Positions 49,190 to 53,748 of a stretch of 53,748 bases of DNA are shown piece by piece (positions within the stretch are counted from its first letter, which is position 1; the number at the start of each line of letters is the position of its first letter). The notes beneath the pieces are model-generated. The model searched no databases and had not been told where the DNA came from. It saw only the letters and a list, made by a program, of their open reading frames with translations. The stretch comes from Alphaproteobacteria bacterium. Its GTDB lineage: Bacteria; Pseudomonadota; Alphaproteobacteria; JACZXZ01. Both the position numbers and the translations under genes were made by a program. The DNA lies in the NCBI GenBank assembly GCA_035604475.1, contig DATNIJ010000052.1, forward strand, positions 1 through 53,748, written 5' to 3'.

Positions 49190-51199
49190 ATGACGCAATC
49201 GGCAAGTAATGAGGTCCGCGAACCCCCGGCAGAGGCGGGGTCTGAAGCTCCGTCTACGCTCCCGGACCAAAAGCGGGAAGCACCAAGGGCGCCTTCAGAG
49301 CGAGCGGCAAAACGCGGCGCCAAGGGCGAGCAGGCGCCGGCCTGGCCGCCCCTCTGGCAAGCCGGCAACGATCAGCTCCTTCCCGCGATGGAAAAATACG
49401 CCGAGCTCTTCGGGCTACGCCGCTGGGTTGACACGGCCGTGAAGAGCATGGCCCCGGATGCGTCGGACGCTCCCGATCCGAGCGAAGGGCCTCGCAGCAT
49501 CGACCGGCTCGTGCATTCGGCCGTCGGAAAGGCCACCCTCTCCATCTCGCCGGTTTCCTTGGCGCTTGCCTATTTCGACTGGGCCGCGCACCTTGCGATG
49601 TCGCCCGGCAAGCAGGCGATCCTCGCGGAGAAGGCGCTGCGCAAGGCGACCCGCTTCGGCATCCACGTCTCGCGCGCGCTCGCCGAGCCGACGACACCGC
49701 CATGCATAGCACCCCTGCCCCACGATCGGCGCTTCGACCACCCCGATTGGCAGAAGTTCCCCTTCCGCTTCATCTATCAGTCGTTTCTCCTGACCCAGCA
49801 GTGGTGGCACAACGCCACAACGGGCGTGCACGGCGTCTCGCGCCATCACGAGCAAGTGGTTTCGTTCGCCACGCGCCAACTGCTCGATATTGTCTCGCCG
49901 TCGAACTTCGTGCCGACAAATCCCGAGATCCTGCAGCTGACGATGAAGCAAGGCGCGCGCAATCTCGCGCAGGGGGCGTTCAACTGGGTCGAGGACTGGG
50001 AACGCGCGATCGCCGGCCGTCCGCCCGTCGGCAGCGAGGCATTCCGCCCCGGCCGCGACATCGCGCTCACCCCGGGCGTCGTCGTCTATCGCAACCGGCT
50101 TATCGAGCTCATCCAATACAAGCCCGCAACCAGCGAGGTTCAGGCCGAGCCGGTGCTGATCGTGCCGGCATGGATCATGAAATATTATATCCTGGACCTC
50201 TCCCCGCATAACTCCCTGGTCAAGTACCTCGTCGAACGCGGCCATACCGTGTTCATGGTTTCCTGGCACAATCCCGGCGCCGACGATCGCGATCTCGGTA
50301 TGGGGGACTATCTGGGCCTGGGCGTGCTCTCGGCGCTCAGGGCGATCCGCGCCATCGTGCCCGGACGCAAGGTCGACGCGGTCGGCTATTGCCTCGGCGG
50401 CACGCTGCTCGCGATCGCCGCGGCCTGGCTCGCCCGCAAGCGGGACGAGCAGCTCAACACGGTTTCCCTCTTCGCGGCACAGGTCGACTTCACTGAGGCC
50501 GGCGAGCTCACGCTCTTCATGGACGAGAGCCAGCTTGCCCATATCGAGGACACGATGTGGGACCAGGGCTACCTGGATGCCAAGCAGATGGCCGGCGCCT
50601 TCCAACTCCTGCGCTCGAACGACCTCATCTGGTCGCGCCTCGTGCGCGACTATCTGCGCGGCGAGCGCGACCCCATGACCGACCTCATGGCATGGAACGC
50701 CGATGCGACGCGCTTGCCCTACCGCATGCACAGCGAATACCTGCGCCGCCTCTTCCTCAACAACGACCTCGTCGAGGGGCGCTACGAGGTAGGGGGCAAG
50801 CCGCTGTCACTCGGCGACATCCGCGTTCCCGTCTTCGCGGTCGCGACGGAGAGCGACCACGTGGCGCCGTGGCGCTCGGTCTACAAGCTCAACCTGCTGC
50901 TCGACACGGCGGTGAGCTTCCTGCTCACGAGCGGCGGTCACAATGCCGGCATCGTGAGCGAGCCGGGACATTCGCAGCGCTCCTATCGCCTCTTGCAGCG
51001 CAAGGCCGGCGATAGATACCTCGATCCGGAGACCTGGTACGCCGCGGTCTCGGCGACGGAGGGCTCGTGGTGGCCGGTTTGGGCGGAGTGGCTCGAAGCC
51101 CATGACAGCGGCAAGTCGCCGCCGCCCAATCTCGGCGCCGCCGACAAGGACTATCCGCCGCTGGGTCCAGCACCCGGTCGCTACGTGCTGGAAACATAG
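49190..51199 (+). CDS. phaC: Class I poly(3-hydroxyalkanoate) synthase
   Basis: Start at MTQSASNE after GAGGAGGG. The lipase-box-like GYCLGG has the catalytic Cys, and the conserved ..PLLIVPAWIMKYYILDL-type block (here PVLIVPAWIMKYYILDL) and the C-terminal catalytic D/H region are present. The N-terminal ~70 aa are low-complexity. Confidence 0.9.
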   Translation: MTQSASNEVREPPAEAGSEAPSTLPDQKREAPRAPSERAAKRGAKGEQAPAWPPLWQAGNDQLLPAMEKYAELFGLRRWVDTAVKSMAPDASDAPDPSEGPRSIDRLVHSAVGKATLSISPVSLALAYFDWAAHLAMSPGKQAILAEKALRKATRFGIHVSRALAEPTTPPCIAPLPHDRRFDHPDWQKFPFRFIYQSFLLTQQWWHNATTGVHGVSRHHEQVVSFATRQLLDIVSPSNFVPTNPEILQLTMKQGARNLAQGAFNWVEDWERAIAGRPPVGSEAFRPGRDIALTPGVVVYRNRLIELIQYKPATSEVQAEPVLIVPAWIMKYYILDLSPHNSLVKYLVERGHTVFMVSWHNPGADDRDLGMGDYLGLGVLSALRAIRAIVPGRKVDAVGYCLGGTLLAIAAAWLARKRDEQLNTVSLFAAQVDFTEAGELTLFMDESQLAHIEDTMWDQGYLDAKQMAGAFQLLRSNDLIWSRLVRDYLRGERDPMTDLMAWNADATRLPYRMHSEYLRRLFLNNDLVEGRYEVGGKPLSLGDIRVPVFAVATESDHVAPWRSVYKLNLLLDTAVSFLLTSGGHNAGIVSEPGHSQRSYRLLQRKAGDRYLDPETWYAAVSATEGSWWPVWAEWLEAHDSGKSPPPNLGAADKDYPPLGPAPGRYVLET

Positions 51200-51299
51200 C
51201 GCCCAAGTACGCTGAGCGACGCTGCGTTCCCGCGAGGCGGCGGCGGCCGAAGAGGAGCCATGCGTCGCCGTAAACCTCGGCGCGCCGCCGGCCCGAGAT

Positions 51300-51313
51300 T
51301 TGACATAGATCAC
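51300..51313. promoter_or_regulatory. FNR/FixK-like box upstream of the second usp gene
   Basis: TTGAC-ATAG-ATCAC. A -10-like CATAAG lies at 51336-51341. The predicted transcription start is about 51348, and the ATG is at 51372 after GGAGG. Confidence 0.6.
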
Positions 51314-51371
51314 GGTCGGGCCCCCTCCTTGCCTGCATAAGTGCCCTCGCGATCAATCACGGAGGCCTCTC

Positions 51372-52223
51372 ATGTCGATCAAGACCATCCTGGCGCCGAT
51401 CACGGGCCACGAGGCCACGAGTGCCGCGCTGGCGAGCGGCATGCGCCTGGCAAAGCGGCTCGGGGCCTTCGTCGAGGTGCTGCACGCGCAGCAGGATCCG
51501 CGAGAGAGCGTTCCATTCATTGCCGAGGGCGCGCTCACCTCGGTCATCGACCAGTATATCGCCCAGGCCGAGAGCGAGGCCGAGGCGCGGCGCGGCGCGG
51601 CTGAGCGGATTTGCGAGGAAGCCGCTCGAGCAGCTGGCGTGCCGGCGACAGGTCCTGGGGCCGTCCTGCGCTTCGATTCGATCCTCGGGAGCGCTGCCCA
51701 AGAGGTGTCCACGCGCGGACGGGTTGCCGATTTGATCCTTGTCGGCCGCGTGCCCGACGATCGGGAGGTCGAGTGGCGCCTCATGGTCGAGGCAGCACTC
51801 ATCGAAAGCGGCCGGCCTGTGCTTCTCATGCCGGCCGCGACGCGCGAGCTCGCGGGCGTCACCGTAGCGATTGCCTGGAACGGCAGCATGGAGGCGGCGC
51901 GCGCGACGAGTGCGGCACTTCCCATCCTTCACTTGGCAAAGCACATCCTCATCCTCAGCGGCGCCAAGGATGCGCCCGTCGAGCCCTCGCCTAGCCGGGT
52001 CGGCGAATGGCTTGCGCGCCACGGCATCGCGGCCAAACGCAGAAGCGTGGCGCTCGAGGGCTGGCCGGTCGGCGAGCAGCTCGTCAGCGAGGCGGCGGGT
52101 GCGGGGGCCGAGCTTCTCGTGATGGGCGCTTATGGCCATACCCGCATGCGCGAGACCATCTTCGGTGGGGCTACCCGGAGCGTACTCAACGAATCGAGCC
52201 TGCCGGTCCTGTTCGCCCATTGA
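51372..52223 (+). CDS. Universal stress protein, tandem UspA domains
   Basis: 283 aa. The C-terminal MGAYGHTRMRETIFGGATRSVLNESSLPVLFAH is the Usp nucleotide-binding motif. It is a paralogue of 39708-40544. Confidence 0.85.
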   Translation: MSIKTILAPITGHEATSAALASGMRLAKRLGAFVEVLHAQQDPRESVPFIAEGALTSVIDQYIAQAESEAEARRGAAERICEEAARAAGVPATGPGAVLRFDSILGSAAQEVSTRGRVADLILVGRVPDDREVEWRLMVEAALIESGRPVLLMPAATRELAGVTVAIAWNGSMEAARATSAALPILHLAKHILILSGAKDAPVEPSPSRVGEWLARHGIAAKRRSVALEGWPVGEQLVSEAAGAGAELLVMGAYGHTRMRETIFGGATRSVLNESSLPVLFAH

Positions 52224-52255
52224 CGCCTGAAGCGCCGGCACGAGGAGAGTCGACG

Positions 52256-52555
52256 ATGCTGACCTGGGAAGATTGCGTGGCGCTTTGCGCACTCAACGAG
52301 GCGGAGATCGAGGCGATCGCCGAGCACGAGCACATTCCCGAGGTCCCCGCACTCCTGCTTGGCGACTACCTCTGTCACACCTCGACGGGCGAACGCGCAA
52401 TCCGGCGCATCATTCTCGACGACCTCTCCGCGGCGCGGCAGAGGGGCGATGTCCGGCACGTGCTGGCGCTGCTGCGCACGCTCCAGCACTTCGTGGCGAC
52501 TCATCCCAAGGCGCGCGAGACCGCCCGCGACGCGACGGTGCCGCGCCAGGTCTGA
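52256..52555 (+). CDS. Hypothetical small protein
   Basis: 99 aa, with ATG 8 nt after GAGGAGAG and 32 nt after the usp stop (probably co-transcribed). I recognise no family. Confidence 0.55.
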   Translation: MLTWEDCVALCALNEAEIEAIAEHEHIPEVPALLLGDYLCHTSTGERAIRRIILDDLSAARQRGDVRHVLALLRTLQHFVATHPKARETARDATVPRQV

Positions 52556-52604
52556 CGGCTGCCGGCATACGCGATACGCCGGCGCGGCCAGCTTGCTCGA
52601 AAAG

Positions 52605-53495
52605 CTAGCGGATCAGGAGCAGCGGGCAGCCGAAGGTCGCGATCAGCCGGTCGCGCCCCACCTCGGCAAGGAGCGGCGACTTAGCTGAGAGCACGAGAAG
52701 GTTTTGGCCATGTTGCCGCGTATAGACCGCCACGGCGCGAGCGGCGAAGGCCGGCAGCACTTCGAGCCGCCAGGCGACATGCGCCTCTGCGAGCCTCTTG
52801 CGCAGGAACGCCTCGCGCTTGGCGGCCTCTCGAGGCTCGAGCGGCGGGGCCAGCACCCGAAGTTCTAGGCCGGCTAGGCGCGCGATCTCCGCGGCAAAGG
52901 CAAGCGCGCGCTCGTCGACCTCGCCGTCCTCTAGGGCCACGAGGACCGAGCTCGGCAACCCCATGCCGGGCTCGAGCAGGAGCACGGCGCAGCCGAGTGC
53001 AGTCGCAGCGGCAAGCCCCGGCGCCTCGAGGCGAAGATGGCGGCCGAGCGGCCGGCTGCTCGCCTGCAGCACCACGAGATCGGCCTCCGTGGAGCTCTCG
53101 GCCAGCTGGCTCGCAAGCTGACCGCGCACGACGCGGAACGAGTGGCGCAGTTTGCGGCGCTCGGCGGCAGTGACGAGCGTATTGCGGGCCTTGGTCGCCA
53201 AGAGGTCCAATTCGCGCTCGATCGTCTTCAGGTCGAAGCTGCTGCCAGACGCGCCGCCAAAGCCGAACTGCCGAACGAACGGCAATGCCGCCGAGTGGAG
53301 CAGATCCATGTCCTCGATGAAGAGACCGCTCAGATCCGCATCGAAGAGGCGGGCGAACTCGGCCGCGAGGTCGAAGGCGCCGGCACAGAGCGTTGCCGCG
53401 TCGAGCGCCACGAGGACGCGCCGCGGGACGCCTCCGGCGCCCGTGCGGCGCTCCGGCTCGCCAGCGCTGTCTTGAGTACGCTTCTTGCCGTTCAT
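52605..53495 (-). CDS. Hypothetical protein with degenerate tandem Usp-like (adenine-nucleotide alpha-hydrolase-like) architecture
   Basis: 296 aa. Two halves each begin with a VLVALD/VLVALE strand and end with LLVLxA/LLLIR-type strands, but they lack the G-2x-G-9x-G(S/T) ATP motif. It starts 21 nt after the upstream Lon-like gene's stop. Confidence 0.55.
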   Translation of the reverse strand: MNGKKRTQDSAGEPERRTGAGGVPRRVLVALDAATLCAGAFDLAAEFARLFDADLSGLFIEDMDLLHSAALPFVRQFGFGGASGSSFDLKTIERELDLLATKARNTLVTAAERRKLRHSFRVVRGQLASQLAESSTEADLVVLQASSRPLGRHLRLEAPGLAAATALGCAVLLLEPGMGLPSSVLVALEDGEVDERALAFAAEIARLAGLELRVLAPPLEPREAAKREAFLRKRLAEAHVAWRLEVLPAFAARAVAVYTRQHGQNLLVLSAKSPLLAEVGRDRLIATFGCPLLLIR

Positions 53496-53516
53496 CGCCG
53501 TTCCTTGCGAGGCAAG

Positions 53517-53748
53517 CTAGTGTGCGGCCGGGCCCTCGTCCCCCCGGTCGCGGCCCTGCTGCGCGAAGCGGCGCGCCGCCTCCGCGAAGCCGGCGAGACG
53601 CGCCTCTACCCGCCCGTTGATGCTGTCGGGCGGATAGCTGCCCTTGGCATCCGGCGCGCCGGCGGCAATTCCCGTCAGGATCTCGATACCCTGGTCGATC
53701 CTCTCCACCGCGTAGATGTGGAATTTGCCGGCGGCGACCGCTTCGATC
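53517..53748 (-). CDS. C-terminal end of a Lon-like (S16) protease family protein; 5' part lies beyond the window
   Basis: The frame is open to the window edge. ..IEAVAAGKFHIYAVERIDQGIEILTGIAAG.. resembles the C-terminal tail of Lon-related ATP-dependent proteases. Confidence 0.5.
   Translation of the reverse strand, partial: IEAVAAGKFHIYAVERIDQGIEILTGIAAGAPDAKGSYPPDSINGRVEARLAGFAEAARRFAQQGRDRGDEGPAAH

Overview
This is a visibly GC-rich chromosomal segment whose gene content and synteny look alphaproteobacterial, Rhizobiales-like. Pointers include MucR/Ros, trxB followed by an LsrB/VtlR-like LysR gene, IF-1 with an extended basic tail, a NodT-type outer-membrane factor and an FnrN/FnrL-type regulator. 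From about 0 to 37.7 kb the window is mostly housekeeping and ordinary metabolism: a collinear znuACB-like operon with a Zur-type box, a RhlE helicase, a mazEF-like toxin-antitoxin pair, infA, a tRNA-CAT, yqeY-dnaG-rpoD, carA-carB, greA, Lrp, trxB, msrA, a NitT/TauT-type ABC importer, a small heat-shock protein and a thymidine phosphorylase-like gene. From about 37.9 to 53.7 kb the window is a low-oxygen regulon island. An FNR-type regulator with an N-terminal Cys cluster sits among at least eight TTGA-N6-TCAA boxes placed at class II promoter distance from two tandem-Usp genes, hemN, a DevC-DevA-DevB-NodT exporter operon, a phasin-like gene, an unknown membrane protein and (more weakly) phaC. 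I saw no CRISPR array, transposase, integrase or phage genes. The observations most worth follow-up are: (1) a roughly 65-nt candidate sRNA with a CCCUCCCC loop that begins exactly where a perfect, otherwise orphan FNR box would start transcription; (2) an interrupted reading frame in the essential primase gene dnaG inside a CG-repeat run; (3) an unannotated, highly structured AbcR-like sRNA locus downstream of trxB-lsrB, preceded by an LTTR-type box; (4) an ELM1-family gene coupled to a 636-aa protein built from four internal repeat modules; (5) an FNR-boxed tripartite ABC exporter with no known substrate. Everything here comes from reading the sequence and the ORF track. No searches or folding programs were run, so family assignments rest on recognised motifs and remembered homologues.
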